A stretch of DNA of 64,000 bases from assembly GCF_036507355.1 (NCBI RefSeq), contig NZ_AP027877.1. One strand, written 5' to 3'. Below, piece after piece: positions 1-11,854 of the stretch. Position numbers and translations under genes: made by a program. Below the pieces are notes generated by a model. It ran no database searches and was not told the DNA's origin. It saw only the letters and a list, made by a program, of their open reading frames with translations. Origin of the DNA: Escherichia coli (GTDB lineage: Bacteria; Pseudomonadota; Gammaproteobacteria; Enterobacterales; Enterobacteriaceae). Positions within the stretch are counted from its first letter, which is position 1; each line of letters begins with the position of its first letter.

Positions 1-98
<98 letters not shown>

Positions 99-107
99 TC
101 ATGTGAA

Positions 108-130
108 GCGCCCATGAAATTCATGGGCGC
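108..130. terminator. Hairpin between convergent mscS and the 140..1216 ORF
   Basis: gcgcccatga-aat-tcatgggcgc: a 10-bp perfect stem with a 3-nt loop, placed between two convergent stop codons. Confidence 0.6.
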
Positions 131-139
131 ACTACCAAT

Positions 140-1216
140 TTAACGCATTGTTTCATCAAGTATATTGGCAACTTTTTGCATGACTTCCCCGGCATTATCC
201 ACGCCTTCAGTTTTTTGCTGTTCTACCCACTGCGTTTGCTCTTGCTGATAACCAATCGCTTTCTGCCAGGCGTCCAGCTCTGATTTTTTCAAATAGCGAA
301 CCTGTGCACCTTCCTGCTCAAGCGTTTTTACCATGCTGATCAGGTTGTTATCTAATGCCTTGCCCAGCGCTTTCTCGGTTGTAATGGCCGCTCGTTGAAT
401 AGCCTCACGATCTCTGTTATCAAGGTTTTCCCACGTTTGTTTATTCATTACCAACAGATAAACATGACCAAGCCAGAGCGAAGGGGAGAGCAACACATTC
501 GGCGCAGCACGTTCAGCATGGATGTCATATCCGCTATCAAGATTGACCATTAAGCCATCGAGTTGTCCGTCGCGGAGTGCTGTCGTAATTTGCTCATTCC
601 ACGGTAAGGTTACGGTTTTTGCCCCCGTATGAGTTAAATAAGCCCGGTGCCAGAAACTGGCTGTTCGCCAGGTGGTTCCCTGAAGTGCAGTCAATTTATC
701 AATGGGCCTGGTAGAGAAAAAGCCTACCGGGTAGCCAAGGAAAAACTGTAAATTCACGATATTGTTACGCTCAAGTTCAGCGTTAAACTCGGGAATTTCC
801 GCATATACGCGACGAAAGAATTCTACCTGACTGGCTCCATGATCCGGGCCAATAGCAAAGCTCTTGAAGATTTGATGAAGCGGTAATTGTTTCGCTGTGT
901 ATTCCGGTACCACTATACCCATATCAGCTTTGCTACCATCACTTATTGTCGTCAGAGCGTCATAGCTGATGGCGGTTTCACCGTTCCAGTGTGGTTCGAT
1001 TTTCAAACGCCCCTGCGACTCTTTTTCAATTTCTGCAAAAAATATCTCTTTAATTATTTGTGTACGCATTCCCCCGTAGGGTTCATGGTCTGTATAACGA
1101 AGAATTTTTTCAGCGGCAACGTTGTGGGAAGATATCAGAAGTAATCCTGATACCAGAGAAAGTAAAAAGTGTTTGAATGTCATCTCAGTTCCATCTGTAA
1201 TTTTATTGGTCGTCAT
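140..1216 (-). CDS. Periplasmic solute-binding protein, TRAP DctP-like (tentative family call); a start at 1183 is possible
   Basis: 358-aa ORF. The second Met (MTFKHFLLSLVSGLLLISSHNVAA) gives a signal-peptide-like N-terminus. Overall it resembles DctP-type binding proteins. No permease genes lie next to it. Confidence 0.55.
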   Translation of the reverse strand: MTTNKITDGTEMTFKHFLLSLVSGLLLISSHNVAAEKILRYTDHEPYGGMRTQIIKEIFFAEIEKESQGRLKIEPHWNGETAISYDALTTISDGSKADMGIVVPEYTAKQLPLHQIFKSFAIGPDHGASQVEFFRRVYAEIPEFNAELERNNIVNLQFFLGYPVGFFSTRPIDKLTALQGTTWRTASFWHRAYLTHTGAKTVTLPWNEQITTALRDGQLDGLMVNLDSGYDIHAERAAPNVLLSPSLWLGHVYLLVMNKQTWENLDNRDREAIQRAAITTEKALGKALDNNLISMVKTLEQEGAQVRYLKKSELDAWQKAIGYQQEQTQWVEQQKTEGVDNAGEVMQKVANILDETMR

Positions 1217-1237
1217 TAATATTAAAAACCGTGAACT

Positions 1238-2167
1238 TTAACAACTAAAATCGAACTTCATATTTTTAAAGTCCAGCCACGCATTGCCAGTACCAAAATT
1301 ATACCCGCCGAAGTATTCTTCAAATTCAATATAAAAAGGTGACATTCCATCTGATATAGATTGAAATGGAACCATTGAACCACCGAGATGATCGGGTTGA
1401 TGTGCACTATGCCACTGGTGAGTTTCACATTTACTCTTTCCCTCTGCATCTTTAGAAAAATAACGAATGGACTGATATTCCGTATTATTTCTTTCTGTGG
1501 GGCTAATTCCCGCATTAGGATCAAAAGCGCGCGGCTTACATGAAATCGCCAGATTGAAAGCCAGCGACTGCTCAGGAATGGTGCCCATTTTACGGTATAC
1601 AAAATTGCTTTCAGGCGTATCTTTTGGTCTGACGCTTGCCTGAAAATAACTAAACGCACTGCCGGTGGTCATCCATTCTGGTGTATCTTGCTGGTTGCGA
1701 TAGTGATTAGGTATAAGTTCAGGCGGTTCACAAAATGGGCCGTTGAACTCTTGCTGGGTGAGTAAAATCACCGCATAAGAACAACCTAATATATCTTCCA
1801 TCCGAAATAGCCGTGGATGTCGTTGCTTTTCTGCCAGCCAGAAAACATAAAGGTCTGGATCTTCGGGGGGGTTGCAGGACTCGAAACTCTCAAACACATC
1901 CAATATTTCTTCTGTACATGGTGTTCCGCCATCGTTGTGCTCGGGCGCAACAGCAAAGAAAGATAACGCGACAATCTCTGGCCCATAAATCCGATAATCT
2001 TCTGGCAACAATAGGGTAAATCCATGATTCAATGGGAAACCATTATTTGGATCCAGCGGCCACTGTTCGGGCGTTATGCCTGGCGGTAGGCCAAAGCACC
2101 AACCTTGTTGGCGCGGTATATTTTCGCGAATAGGATGGGGCAAGAGGGTAAGATCATAAGCATGCAT
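1238..2167 (-). CDS. Hypothetical protein, possibly DUF1963/YwqG-like
   Basis: 309-aa ORF, tightly spaced with the upstream ORF. The C-terminal HLGGSMVPFQS resembles the YwqG-family H-x-LGG-x-P-x-x-Q motif. The family call is weak. Confidence 0.5.
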   Translation of the reverse strand: MHAYDLTLLPHPIRENIPRQQGWCFGLPPGITPEQWPLDPNNGFPLNHGFTLLLPEDYRIYGPEIVALSFFAVAPEHNDGGTPCTEEILDVFESFESCNPPEDPDLYVFWLAEKQRHPRLFRMEDILGCSYAVILLTQQEFNGPFCEPPELIPNHYRNQQDTPEWMTTGSAFSYFQASVRPKDTPESNFVYRKMGTIPEQSLAFNLAISCKPRAFDPNAGISPTERNNTEYQSIRYFSKDAEGKSKCETHQWHSAHQPDHLGGSMVPFQSISDGMSPFYIEFEEYFGGYNFGTGNAWLDFKNMKFDFSC

Positions 2168-2370
2168 TGTGTGAGTCCTTTATAAAGCGAGGCCGTAATG
2201 GCCGTAGCACGATTCCTGTGAGCGATATTGTTATCCAAAAAATAGCCACGCATCCTGACTGTTCGTTTTTTTATTAATATTATTAATATGCTATTAAAAA
2301 TATCCATTTCCGCTAATGATGCTCACACGCTATAGTCTGCAAATCAGATAATTAGCTCGGAATAAATTAC

Positions 2371-3006
2371 GTGATTTCTTATTACTTTCAAGGCCTTGCG
2401 CTTGGCGCAGCTATGATCCTACCGCTCGGTCCACAAAATGCTTTTGTGATGAATCAGGGCATTCGTCGTCAGTACCACATTATGATTGCCTTACTTTGCG
2501 CTATCAGCGATTTGGTCCTGATTTGCGCCGGGATTTTTGGTGGCAGCGCGTTATTGATGCAGTCGCCGTGGTTGCTGGCGCTGGTCACCTGGGGCGGCGT
2601 AGCCTTCTTGCTCTGGTATGGTTTTGGCGCTTTTAAAACAGCGATGAGCAGTAATATTGAGTTAGCCAGTGCCGAAGTCCTGAAGCAAGGAAGATGGAAA
2701 ATTATCGCCACCATGTTGGCAGTGACCTGGCTGAATCCGCATGTTTACCTGGATACTTTTGTTGTACTGGGCAGCCTTGGTGGGCAGCTTGACGTCGAAC
2801 CAAAACGTTGGTTTGCGCTCGGGACAATTAGCGCCTCTTTCCTGTGGTTCTTTGGTCTGGCTATTCTCGCAGCCTGGCTGGCACCGCGCCTGCGCACGGC
2901 AAAATCACAGCGCATTATCAATCTGGTAGTGGGATGTGTCATGTGGTTTATAGCCTTGCAGCTGGCGAGAGACGGTATTGCTCATGCACAAGCCTTGTTC
3001 AGTTAG
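2371..3006 (+). CDS. argO: Arginine exporter ArgO
   Basis: 211 aa with a GTG start. Near-identical to the remembered K-12 ArgO (..[28 protein letters not shown]..). Confidence 0.95.
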   Translation: MISYYFQGLALGAAMILPLGPQNAFVMNQGIRRQYHIMIALLCAISDLVLICAGIFGGSALLMQSPWLLALVTWGGVAFLLWYGFGAFKTAMSSNIELASAEVLKQGRWKIIATMLAVTWLNPHVYLDTFVVLGSLGGQLDVEPKRWFALGTISASFLWFFGLAILAAWLAPRLRTAKSQRIINLVVGCVMWFIALQLARDGIAHAQALFS

Positions 3007-3098
3007 GCGCTATCTGATGGAAAAATAAAACAGAGGCGCTAAGCTTGCCTCCAGAGGTCCTGAATTTTGGGCAAGTCAATTAACACGGAGAGACTAAC

Positions 3099-3839
3099 GT
3101 GAAGTTCAAAGTTATCGCCCTGGCGGCATTAATGGGTATTAGCGGGATGGCAGCGCAGGCTAACGAATTGCCGGATGGACCGCATATTGTCACCTCCGGT
3201 ACGGCAAGCGTGGATGCGGTGCCAGACATTGCCACTCTTGCGATTGAAGTCAACGTGGCCGCGAAGGATGCCGCTACTGCCAAGAAACAGGCAGATGAGC
3301 GCGTCGCACAATACATTTCCTTCCTTGAACTCAATCAGATCGCGAAAAAAGATATCAGCTCAGCGAACTTACGCACCCAGCCAGATTATGATTATCAGGA
3401 TGGTAAAAGTATCCTTAAAGGCTACCGCGCTGTGAGAACGGTGGAAGTCACGCTCCGTCAGTTAGACAAACTGAATTCCTTGCTGGATGGCGCGCTGAAG
3501 GCGGGTCTTAACGAAATTCGTTCTGTGTCGCTGGGCGTGGCGCAGCCGGATGCCTATAAAGACAAAGCGCGTAAGGCAGCGATTGATAACGCGATTCATC
3601 AGGCGCAGGAACTGGCGAACGGCTTTCATCGTAAACTGGGGCCGGTATATAGCGTGCGCTACCATGTTTCCAACTATCAGCCCAGCCCAATGGTGCGGAT
3701 GATGAAAGCCGATGCCGCGCCGGTCTCAGCCCAGGAAACTTACGAGCAGGCCGCTATTCAGTTTGATGATCAGGTCGATGTGGTCTTCCAGTTAGAACCT
3801 GTGGATCAACAACCCGCTAAAACACCTGCAGCACAATAA
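3099..3839 (+). CDS. yggE: SIMPL/DUF541 periplasmic oxidative-stress protein YggE
   Basis: 246 aa with a GTG start and a signal peptide (MKFKVIALAALMGISGMAAQA). Matches K-12 YggE. Confidence 0.95.
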   Translation: MKFKVIALAALMGISGMAAQANELPDGPHIVTSGTASVDAVPDIATLAIEVNVAAKDAATAKKQADERVAQYISFLELNQIAKKDISSANLRTQPDYDYQDGKSILKGYRAVRTVEVTLRQLDKLNSLLDGALKAGLNEIRSVSLGVAQPDAYKDKARKAAIDNAIHQAQELANGFHRKLGPVYSVRYHVSNYQPSPMVRMMKADAAPVSAQETYEQAAIQFDDQVDVVFQLEPVDQQPAKTPAAQ

Positions 3840-3845
3840 TACTTG

Positions 3846-3869
3846 TAGCCCGACGTATTCGTCGGGCTA
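3846..3869 (+). terminator. Hairpin after yggE
   Basis: tagcccgac-gtattc-gtcgggcta, a 9-bp stem. No clear T-run follows. Confidence 0.45.
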
Positions 3870-4006
3870 ATGCCTTTACCCGATATTGCCTCCTTTTTCT
3901 GTAATTTTCTGTAAAACCATGACGTAATCACCTATCTTTGCTCGCGGTTTCATCAAGGATAGGCTGACTGAAACGGTTAAGCGGACAAGGATGCGGGGGA
4001 GGGGGG

Positions 4007-4903
4007 ATGGACATTTTTATTTCGAAAAAGATGCGCAATTTCATTTTATTAGCGCAAACCAATAATATTGCCCGGGCGGCAGAAAAAATCCATATGACGG
4101 CTTCGCCATTTGGTAAAAGCATTGCCACGCTGGAAGAACAAATTGGCTATACGCTATTTACCCGCAAAGATAATAATATCAGCCTCAATAAAGCCGGACA
4201 GGAACTGTATCAAAAACTGTTCCCGGTTTATCAACGGCTTTCTGCGATTGATAATGAAATCCATAACTCAGGGCGTCGTTCACGAGAAATTGTGATTGGC
4301 ATAGATAATACTTATCCGACAATTATTTTCGATCAGTTGATTAGTCTCGGAGATAAGTATGAAGGCGTGACCGCCCAGCCAGTTGAGTTCAGCGAAAACG
4401 GCGTTATCGATAATCTTTTTGACCGCCAGTTAGATTTTATTATCTCCCCACAGCATGTATCTGCACGAGTTCAGGAACTGGAAAACCTGACTATCAGTGA
4501 ACTACCACCGCTGCGATTGGGCTTTCTCGTTTCTCGCCGTTATGAAGAGCGTCAAGAGCAAGAGCTGCTTCAGGAGCTGCCCTGGCTACAAATGCGCTTT
4601 CAAAACCGGGCTAACTTCGAAGCAATGATTGATGCGAATATGCGACCTTGTGGGATCAATCCAACCATTATTTATCGTCCCTACAGTTTTATGGCCAAAA
4701 TCAGCGCCGTGGAGCGCGGACATTTTCTGACGGTGATCCCGCATTTTGCCTGGCGACTGGTGAATCCGGCAACGCTGAAATATTTTGATGCGCCGCACAG
4801 GCCGATGTATATGCAGGAATATCTTTATTCAATCAGAAATCATCGTTATACCGCCACGATGCTTCAGCATATTGCTGAAGATCGTGACGGGACAAACCAT
4901 TAA
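4007..4903 (+). CDS. ygfI: LysR-family transcriptional regulator YgfI
   Basis: 298 aa with an N-terminal HTH. Matches K-12 YgfI. Its stop overlaps the scpC stop by 4 nt (ttaa). Confidence 0.9.
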   Translation: MDIFISKKMRNFILLAQTNNIARAAEKIHMTASPFGKSIATLEEQIGYTLFTRKDNNISLNKAGQELYQKLFPVYQRLSAIDNEIHNSGRRSREIVIGIDNTYPTIIFDQLISLGDKYEGVTAQPVEFSENGVIDNLFDRQLDFIISPQHVSARVQELENLTISELPPLRLGFLVSRRYEERQEQELLQELPWLQMRFQNRANFEAMIDANMRPCGINPTIIYRPYSFMAKISAVERGHFLTVIPHFAWRLVNPATLKYFDAPHRPMYMQEYLYSIRNHRYTATMLQHIAEDRDGTNH

Positions 4904-6378
4904 CCCAGCATCGAGCCGGTTGCAATTAAATTACGGTGTAAGTCGAAGACGTGGCTAAGATCGTGGTGAATATGTCCGCCAGGCGCATTTTCCAGATAGC
5001 GATGCAGATAATCCCGATACATAGGATGTGCACAATTATCAATGATCGTGCGGGCGCGTTGAAGCGGGGAAAGACCGCGCAGATCGGCGATCCCTTGTTC
5101 GGTGATGATCACTTTGACGCTGTGTTCGCTGTGATCAACATGGCTGCACATTGGCACGACGGTTGAGATCTTGCCTTCTTTAGCAATCGATGGGGCCATA
5201 AAGATCGACAGATACGCGTTGCGTTCAAAATCACCGCTGCCGCCGATGCCGTTCATCAGATCGACCCCGGCTACGTGCGTTGAGTTGGCATGCCCGTAAA
5301 TATCAAACTCCAGGCCGACGTTCAGAGCGATGACGCCCAGACGACGGATGATTTCCGGGTTATTGGAAATCTCCTGCGGACGCAACACAATGCGGCTGGC
5401 AAAGTAATCCATATTGTCGTAAATCTTGCGCAGGGAATCGGCCGAGATTGTCAGGCTGGAGGCGCTGGCCCCGCTGATTTTGCCGGTTTCCAGTAAATGC
5501 ACCACCGATTCCTGTAGCACTTCCGAATACATCATAAACGGAGGAATTTCCGGGTTTTCCCCCAGACGCGCCATTACCGCATTATTGATATTGCCCACGC
5601 CACTTTGCAGCGGCAGAAATTCCGGCGGAATACGCCCATGCGCCATTTCCTGCAATAAGAACGTGACCACGTTATCGGCAATCTGCTGGCACATGGGATT
5701 TTGCTTATCCAGCATATTACCGGCGTCAGGCAAGTTGGTTTCCACGACGGCGACAATCTTTTTCGGATCGATTTGCACATAGCGGGTACCGACGCGATCC
5801 ATTGCATGGAAGATCGACACGCTATTGCGCCGTGGTGGCGCGCCAGGAATCACAATATCTGCCAGTTCTGCAACGCGCGGATCGTGATAGTGATTGAGTT
5901 CAATGATCACTTTCTTCGCTCGCAGCAGCCAGGTCGGCGCATTACCGATCCCGCTGGTTAACCAGACTCGACCATCTGGTGCCAGTGCCGATGCTTCAAT
6001 GACGGCAACATCAATGTCGCCGAAGAAACCGTAATTGACCATTTGCGCCACTTCGCTCAAATGCAGGTCAACGAAACTCACCGCGCCCTGATTGATCTTT
6101 TTACGTAAACCGGACGATGTTTGATATGGCGCACGCCAGGAAACAGCATCAGCGTCAGAAAGTACATCGTCAGCGGCGGCGCTGATTGACGCACCCGTCA
6201 GCAGGCGAATTTGATACGGCTTTTTAGCCTCATGCTGTTCGTTAGCTCTGCGGGCAATCGCGGTGGGTAGGGCTTTCGGTGAACCCGCTGGGGTAAAGCC
6301 GCTAAATGCCACCATGTCGTTATGCTGGATAATTTCTGCCGCTTCATCGGCGGTCATCCTTGTCCACTGAGTTTCCAT
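4900..6378 (-). CDS. scpC: Propionyl-CoA:succinate CoA transferase
   Basis: 492 aa, matches K-12 ScpC (YgfH). Confidence 0.95.
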   Translation of the reverse strand: METQWTRMTADEAAEIIQHNDMVAFSGFTPAGSPKALPTAIARRANEQHEAKKPYQIRLLTGASISAAADDVLSDADAVSWRAPYQTSSGLRKKINQGAVSFVDLHLSEVAQMVNYGFFGDIDVAVIEASALAPDGRVWLTSGIGNAPTWLLRAKKVIIELNHYHDPRVAELADIVIPGAPPRRNSVSIFHAMDRVGTRYVQIDPKKIVAVVETNLPDAGNMLDKQNPMCQQIADNVVTFLLQEMAHGRIPPEFLPLQSGVGNINNAVMARLGENPEIPPFMMYSEVLQESVVHLLETGKISGASASSLTISADSLRKIYDNMDYFASRIVLRPQEISNNPEIIRRLGVIALNVGLEFDIYGHANSTHVAGVDLMNGIGGSGDFERNAYLSIFMAPSIAKEGKISTVVPMCSHVDHSEHSVKVIITEQGIADLRGLSPLQRARTIIDNCAHPMYRDYLHRYLENAPGGHIHHDLSHVFDLHRNLIATGSMLG

Positions 6379-6401
6379 TTTTACTCCTTCGTTCGCAGGG
6401 A

Positions 6402-7187
6402 TTAATGACCAACGAAATTAGGTTTACGTTTTTCGAGGAAAGCGTTCATCCCTTCCTGGTAATCTTCGCTGTCATAAACCGCGCGGCGCATCCCCTGAAT
6501 ACGTTCAAATTCATCGGAGTTCATGGTGTGTGCTTCGCCCAGTACACGCAGCTCTTCTTTGATAACGGCAATGGCTAACGGCGCTTTCTCAGAGATGTGG
6601 TGCGCCATTTGTAAGGTGAAATCTTCCAGTTCTTCCACTTCCACAACATGGTTGAGGATGCCGACAGCCAGCGCGCGCTGGGCGGTGATTGGCGAAGCGG
6701 TAAAAATCAGCTCTTTGACAATGTGGAAGCCCGCGTCGCGGGTCAGGTTGTGAATGCCGACCAGGTTATACGGGACGCCGAGGTTTACAGGCGTCATTGA
6801 GAAGGTTGAGGTACTGGCGGCGATGATCAGATCGGAACTCATGATCATTTCAAATGCGCCACCCCAAACACTACCTTCCACCATCGAAATGATCGGTTTC
6901 GGGAATTTTTGGATCATGCGGGTGATTTGACGCAATGGATCATCATAGGAGAGCGGATCGCGACCGCCAGACGGCAGTTCGTGAATATCGTGACCTGCGG
7001 AGAAGACTTTGGATCCACTCGGCGCGCGCAAAATGATACAGCGAATTTCCGGCCGGTTGAGATCGCTTAACGCCTGCATAAGATCATCAATAAAGACTTT
7101 ACTTAAGGCATTAAGTTTTCGGCCATAGTTAAACTCAATGACCGCCACTTTGTTGATAGTGGCAACGTTCACATACTGATAAGACAT
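6402..7187 (-). CDS. scpB: Methylmalonyl-CoA decarboxylase (crotonase fold)
   Basis: 261 aa from the internal ATG (MSYQYVNVATINK..), matches K-12 ScpB. The N-terminal extension of the track ORF is rejected. Confidence 0.95.
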   Translation of the reverse strand: MSYQYVNVATINKVAVIEFNYGRKLNALSKVFIDDLMQALSDLNRPEIRCIILRAPSGSKVFSAGHDIHELPSGGRDPLSYDDPLRQITRMIQKFPKPIISMVEGSVWGGAFEMIMSSDLIIAASTSTFSMTPVNLGVPYNLVGIHNLTRDAGFHIVKELIFTASPITAQRALAVGILNHVVEVEELEDFTLQMAHHISEKAPLAIAVIKEELRVLGEAHTMNSDEFERIQGMRRAVYDSEDYQEGMNAFLEKRKPNFVGH

Positions 7188-7197
7188 AACAATTCCT

Positions 7198-8193
7198 TTA
7201 ATCAAAATATTGCGTCTGGATAAATTCACTGAGCTGCCGCAGGCCGGTGCGCGGTGAGAGCGTATTGTTTTTGACCGCTAAAAGCGTCTGGCGGTAATAG
7301 CGATCGAAATCTTCATTCGCGAACAGGTGATTCAGTACTTCTTCTTCGGTCTGCTTACGCAGCCATTCCACCGATTGTTGTTGCCGCACTTGTTGTAAAC
7401 GACCACTGGCAGTTAGCGCGGTTTTGAAGTCGATGATGGCGTGCCAGATCTCATCGATTCCACGTTTTTCCAGTGCGCTACAAGTCAGAACCCGTGGCTG
7501 CCATTCGTCGTATTTACGTCGCAGAATACGCAGGGCACTCTCGTACATATGCCGGGCAATGGCGACATTGGTATGGTTATCGCCATCGTCTTTGTTGATA
7601 ACGATCAGATCAGCCACTTCCATCAGCCCTTTTTTAATGCCCTGCAGATCATCGCCGCCACCGGCAATTTGCAACGAGATAAAACAGTCCACCATGCGGG
7701 CGACTTCCGTTTCCGACTGCCCGACGCCAACCGTTTCGACAATCACTACGTCATAACCCGCCGCTTCGCATAACAGCATTAATTCCCGCGCTCGCTGACT
7801 GGCACCGCCCAGATGACCGGAGGATGGTACCGGGCGAATAAACGCCGTCTCGGCACGCGCCAGGTCATTCATGCGGGTTTTATCCCCGAGAATGCTACCG
7901 CCAGTGACCGGACTGCTGGGATCGACCGCAATAACCGCAACCTTTAATCCATCACGAATCAACAACATGCCAAAAGCTTCAAGAAAGGTACTTTTCCCCG
8001 CGCCGGGTGTGCCGGTAACGCCCAGTCGCAGGGCGTTACCGCAGTACGGCATAATGGCATCAAGCAGTTGCGTACTTAGCGCCTGATGACGCGGGTGACG
8101 GCTTTCCACCAGCGTCATGGCCTGGGCGAGTGTGGCACGCTCACCCTGACGTAAGCGGCGAATACTTTCTGCCAGCGTGGCTTCATTAATCAT
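7198..8193 (-). CDS. argK: MeaB/ArgK-type G3E GTPase, chaperone of the mutase
   Basis: 331 aa with Walker [10 protein letters not shown], matches K-12 ArgK (YgfD). Confidence 0.95.
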   Translation of the reverse strand: MINEATLAESIRRLRQGERATLAQAMTLVESRHPRHQALSTQLLDAIMPYCGNALRLGVTGTPGAGKSTFLEAFGMLLIRDGLKVAVIAVDPSSPVTGGSILGDKTRMNDLARAETAFIRPVPSSGHLGGASQRARELMLLCEAAGYDVVIVETVGVGQSETEVARMVDCFISLQIAGGGDDLQGIKKGLMEVADLIVINKDDGDNHTNVAIARHMYESALRILRRKYDEWQPRVLTCSALEKRGIDEIWHAIIDFKTALTASGRLQQVRQQQSVEWLRKQTEEEVLNHLFANEDFDRYYRQTLLAVKNNTLSPRTGLRQLSEFIQTQYFD

Positions 8194-10330
8194 GATGCTG
8201 GCTTATCAGATTCAGTACGTCGCGCACACTGTCGAGCATAGGTGTACCTGGACCATAAATCGCCGCCACGCCGCGCTCTTGCAGGAAGGCGTAATCCTGC
8301 GGTGGAATGACGCCACCGGCGACTACGCAGATATCTTCGCGTCCCCATTTTTTCAGCGCTTCGACCAGTTCCGGGATCAGCGTTTTATGACCGGCAGCCA
8401 GTGAGGATGCGCCCACTACGTGAACGTCATTTTCTACTGCCAGGCGGGCGATCTCTTCAGGTGTAGAGAACATCGGGCTTAAATCTACGTCGAAACCGAG
8501 ATCGGAATAGGCGCTGGCGATCACTTTCGCGCCGCGATCGTGCCCATCCTGGCCCATTTTGGCGATCAGAATGCGCGGGCGACGACCATTGTCGGCAAGG
8601 AACTGCTCCGTTTGCGCAACAATGGCATCGAACTCGGAGGCCGATTTCTCAGATTGATGATAGCTTTGCGCAATCACGCCGGTAACACACTGGCTTGGCA
8701 CCAGATAACGGTCGAAAGCGGCTTCCAGCGCATCGGAAATTTCACCCAGGGTGGCGCGAACGCGAGCGGCATTAACAGCGGCAGCCAGCAGGTTTTCGTT
8801 ATGCTGGGCGGCGTGAGTCAGGGCGTTCAACGCGGCGGTTACGGCGGCATTATCACGGGTGGCGCGAATGCGTTCCAGCGAAGCAATTTGCTCGTTACGC
8901 ACCATCACGTTGTCGATCTCAAGTACATCGGTTTCGTCTTCGTGATCCAGTTTGTACTTGTTGACACCAACGATGACACGCTTGCCCTGGTCGATCAGCG
9001 ACTGTTCGCGCGCTGAGGCCTCTTCGATCATTCGTTTTGGCAGACCTGCTTCGATCGCTTTCGCCATGCCACCGGCTTCGTCGATCTGTTGGATAATAGC
9101 TCTGGCTTGTTTGACGATTTGATCGGTCAGCGACTCAATGTAATAGGATCCGGCCAGTGGATCGACGGTGCGGCAGAGTTCTGATTCTTCCTGGATGATG
9201 ATCTGGGTGTTGCGGGCAATGCGTGCTGAGAAATCGGTAGGCAAACCAAGCGCTTCGTCAAAGGCGTTGGTATGCAGTGACTGAGTACCGCCCAGCGTCG
9301 CAGCCAGTGCTTCAATGGTGGTGCGGATAACGTTGTTATACGGATCCTGTTCAGTCAGGCTCCAGCCTGAGGTCTGGCAGTGGGTACGCAGCGCCAGTGA
9401 TTTCGGGTCCTGTGCGCCAAATCCACTGACCGCTTCGCTCCATAAATAACGTGCCGCACGCAACATGGCGACGTTCATAAACAGATCCATGCCGATGCCG
9501 AAGAAGAACGACAGGCGAGGAGCGAAGTCATCAATTTTCAGTCCGGCAGAGATTGCTGCTTTGATGTACTCAATCCCATCAGCGAGCGTAAATGCTACCT
9601 GCTGCACGCAGTTGGCACCCGCTTCACCCATGTGGTAACCGCTGATACTGATGGTATTAAATCGCGGCATGTTGCCGGAACACCAGGCGATGATGTCGGC
9701 GATAATGCGCATTGACGGTTTTGGCGGGTAAATATAGGTGTTGCGGCAGAGGTACTCTTTGAGGATATCGTTCTGAATGGTGCCGGTCAGTTTATCAGGT
9801 GTAACACCTTGCTCTTCCGCGGCGACGATATAAAACGCCAGTACTGGTAGCACTGCGCCATTCATGGTCATCGAAACCGACATTTTATCCAGCGGGATCT
9901 GGTCGAACAGGACTTTCATATCTTCCACGGTGTCGATAGCGACGCCCGCTTTGCCGACGTCGCCCGCCACGCGCGGGTTATCGGAGTCGTAGCCTCGGTG
10001 GGTGGCAAGGTCAAACGCAACGGAAAGACCTTTTTGCCCGGCGGCCAGGTTACGGCGATAAAAAGCGTTGGACTCTTTTGCTGTTGAAAAACCAGCATAC
10101 TGACGGATGGTCCACGGTTGGGCGGTATACATAGTGGCACGCGGGCCACGAACGTAGGGCGGCAAACCAGGAAGGGTACCTGTCACCTCCAGATTATCGA
10201 GATCGGCTTCGGTATACAGCGGCTTGATGGCGATCCCTTCCGCGGTTTGCTGAACCAGCGAGTCGACAGTTTTCTCCCGACGGCTCAATTCCTTGTTGGC
10301 AAGCTGTTGCCACTCCTGCACGTTAGACAT
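8186..10330 (-). CDS. scpA: Methylmalonyl-CoA mutase
   Basis: 714 aa from [14 protein letters not shown].., matches K-12 ScpA (Sbm). B12-binding C-terminus (DGHDRGAKV). Confidence 0.95.
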   Translation of the reverse strand: MSNVQEWQQLANKELSRREKTVDSLVQQTAEGIAIKPLYTEADLDNLEVTGTLPGLPPYVRGPRATMYTAQPWTIRQYAGFSTAKESNAFYRRNLAAGQKGLSVAFDLATHRGYDSDNPRVAGDVGKAGVAIDTVEDMKVLFDQIPLDKMSVSMTMNGAVLPVLAFYIVAAEEQGVTPDKLTGTIQNDILKEYLCRNTYIYPPKPSMRIIADIIAWCSGNMPRFNTISISGYHMGEAGANCVQQVAFTLADGIEYIKAAISAGLKIDDFAPRLSFFFGIGMDLFMNVAMLRAARYLWSEAVSGFGAQDPKSLALRTHCQTSGWSLTEQDPYNNVIRTTIEALAATLGGTQSLHTNAFDEALGLPTDFSARIARNTQIIIQEESELCRTVDPLAGSYYIESLTDQIVKQARAIIQQIDEAGGMAKAIEAGLPKRMIEEASAREQSLIDQGKRVIVGVNKYKLDHEDETDVLEIDNVMVRNEQIASLERIRATRDNAAVTAALNALTHAAQHNENLLAAAVNAARVRATLGEISDALEAAFDRYLVPSQCVTGVIAQSYHQSEKSASEFDAIVAQTEQFLADNGRRPRILIAKMGQDGHDRGAKVIASAYSDLGFDVDLSPMFSTPEEIARLAVENDVHVVGASSLAAGHKTLIPELVEALKKWGREDICVVAGGVIPPQDYAFLQERGVAAIYGPGTPMLDSVRDVLNLISQHHD

Positions 10331-10533
10331 TATTTGCTCCGTAAAACGCAATCAAAATGAGGGTATTTGCGCCTACGGTGAGCTTTTTACGTGGGTTTGT
10401 CGCCAGCAAAAAAAATGCATTCAGACGTCGTTTTTTGCCGCCTGAGATTTGTCTATTTTGTGATGTGATTCAAGGAATACAAAAAGAAGTGAGGACAACG
10501 CCTGATATGTGCTATCAGGCATTATTTGATGGA

Positions 10534-11427
10534 TTAATCCTGACGAAGGACTTTGTGACCATAATCGAGTAACGCATCAGTGACTTTACGCATCATGCGG
10601 CTTTCAGGAGCAAAGCGGTGCCAGTAGAGCATCCGTCGTTGAAATAGCCCAGGCGTTAAGTCAATCAGTTTACCGCTGGCCAGCTCTTTCTCGATTTGCA
10701 GGTGCGGGATCATACAGCAGGTGGTGCCCTGGCGAGCAAGTTGTACGAACGCTTCTGAAGAATTAACGATATGGCAGGGCACGCTGCCTGGAGGCAGATC
10801 GAAGTTTTGCTGCAAAAAGGCCTGGTGCATATCGTCAAGATGGTCAAACGCGACCACTGGCGCTTTCAGTAATGCCGAACGCGTTACGCCGTTAGGGAAA
10901 TATTTTTCGGCAAAGGGTTTTGAGCTGACGAACAGATAGTCGAGCGCACCAAGTTTATCGACAAGACAACTCGGCAGCGCCTGATGTTGAATACTCACCG
11001 CGCCGACCACTTCGCCGCGACGCAGACGTTCCTGAGTGCGGGTTTCATCTTCTACCTGCAAGTTGAGGCGGATAGGCGAATCAGCCAACACAGGAGCCAG
11101 TGCAGGAAGCAACCACGTCGCCAGACTGTCGGCGTTGACCGCCAGTGAAAGCAGCAGCGGAGTCGAACCGGTTTGTTCATCGCCCAGCCACTCTTCTTCC
11201 AGCAACTCCACCTGGCGCAGCAGTGCCAGCAGTTTTTGCCCTTGTTCCGTCGGGCGCGGCGGTACGGTACGCACCAACAGCGGCTGCCCGAACATATTTT
11301 CCAGTTGCTTAATGCGCTGTGAGACGGCTGATTGTGTAATGCACAGCTTTTGTGCCGCGCGCTCAAATCCTCGTTCACGTATCACCGCATCCAGTGCCTG
11401 TAATGTTCTGTAGTCCGGGCGTTTCAT
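10534..11427 (-). CDS. argP: LysR-type regulator ArgP (IciA)
   Basis: 297 aa from [21 protein letters not shown].., matches K-12 ArgP. The upstream extension is rejected. Confidence 0.95.
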   Translation of the reverse strand: MKRPDYRTLQALDAVIRERGFERAAQKLCITQSAVSQRIKQLENMFGQPLLVRTVPPRPTEQGQKLLALLRQVELLEEEWLGDEQTGSTPLLLSLAVNADSLATWLLPALAPVLADSPIRLNLQVEDETRTQERLRRGEVVGAVSIQHQALPSCLVDKLGALDYLFVSSKPFAEKYFPNGVTRSALLKAPVVAFDHLDDMHQAFLQQNFDLPPGSVPCHIVNSSEAFVQLARQGTTCCMIPHLQIEKELASGKLIDLTPGLFQRRMLYWHRFAPESRMMRKVTDALLDYGHKVLRQD

Positions 11428-11568
11428 TGCTGTTGTCTGCTCCTGGTAAATGCTTTTTCCTGCACTATGACACAATTTTGTGTCAGGTTGCATATACCGA
11501 AGCCGTCGGCGGGTAACATTTGTATTCGTGGTTAAACGCGCAGCTTAAAAGATCAGGGATTTGCGCTA

Positions 11569-11799
11569 ATGCATTTCGCTCAGCGAGTTCGCGCCCTGGT
11601 TGTGTTGAATGGCGTGGCGTTATTGCCTCAATTTGCCTGTAAACAGGGGCTTGCGAACGGTGAATTGGTGCGCCTGTTTGCACCGTGGAGCCGCATACCC
11701 AGACCATTGTATGCTTTATTTGCGGGGCGAAAGGGGATGCCCGCCATTGCGCGATATTTTATGGATGAGTTAACCACGCGGCTTGCCAACGGGGTCTGA
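11569..11799 (+). pseudogene. yqfE: LysR-family C-terminal fragment
   Basis: 76-aa ORF that looks like only the C-terminal effector-domain tail of a LysR regulator. It sits where K-12 carries the yqfE pseudogene. Confidence 0.7.
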
Positions 11800-11854
11800 A
11801 TCGCTTTTTTTGTATATAATGCGTGTGAAATTTCATACCACAGGCGAAACGATC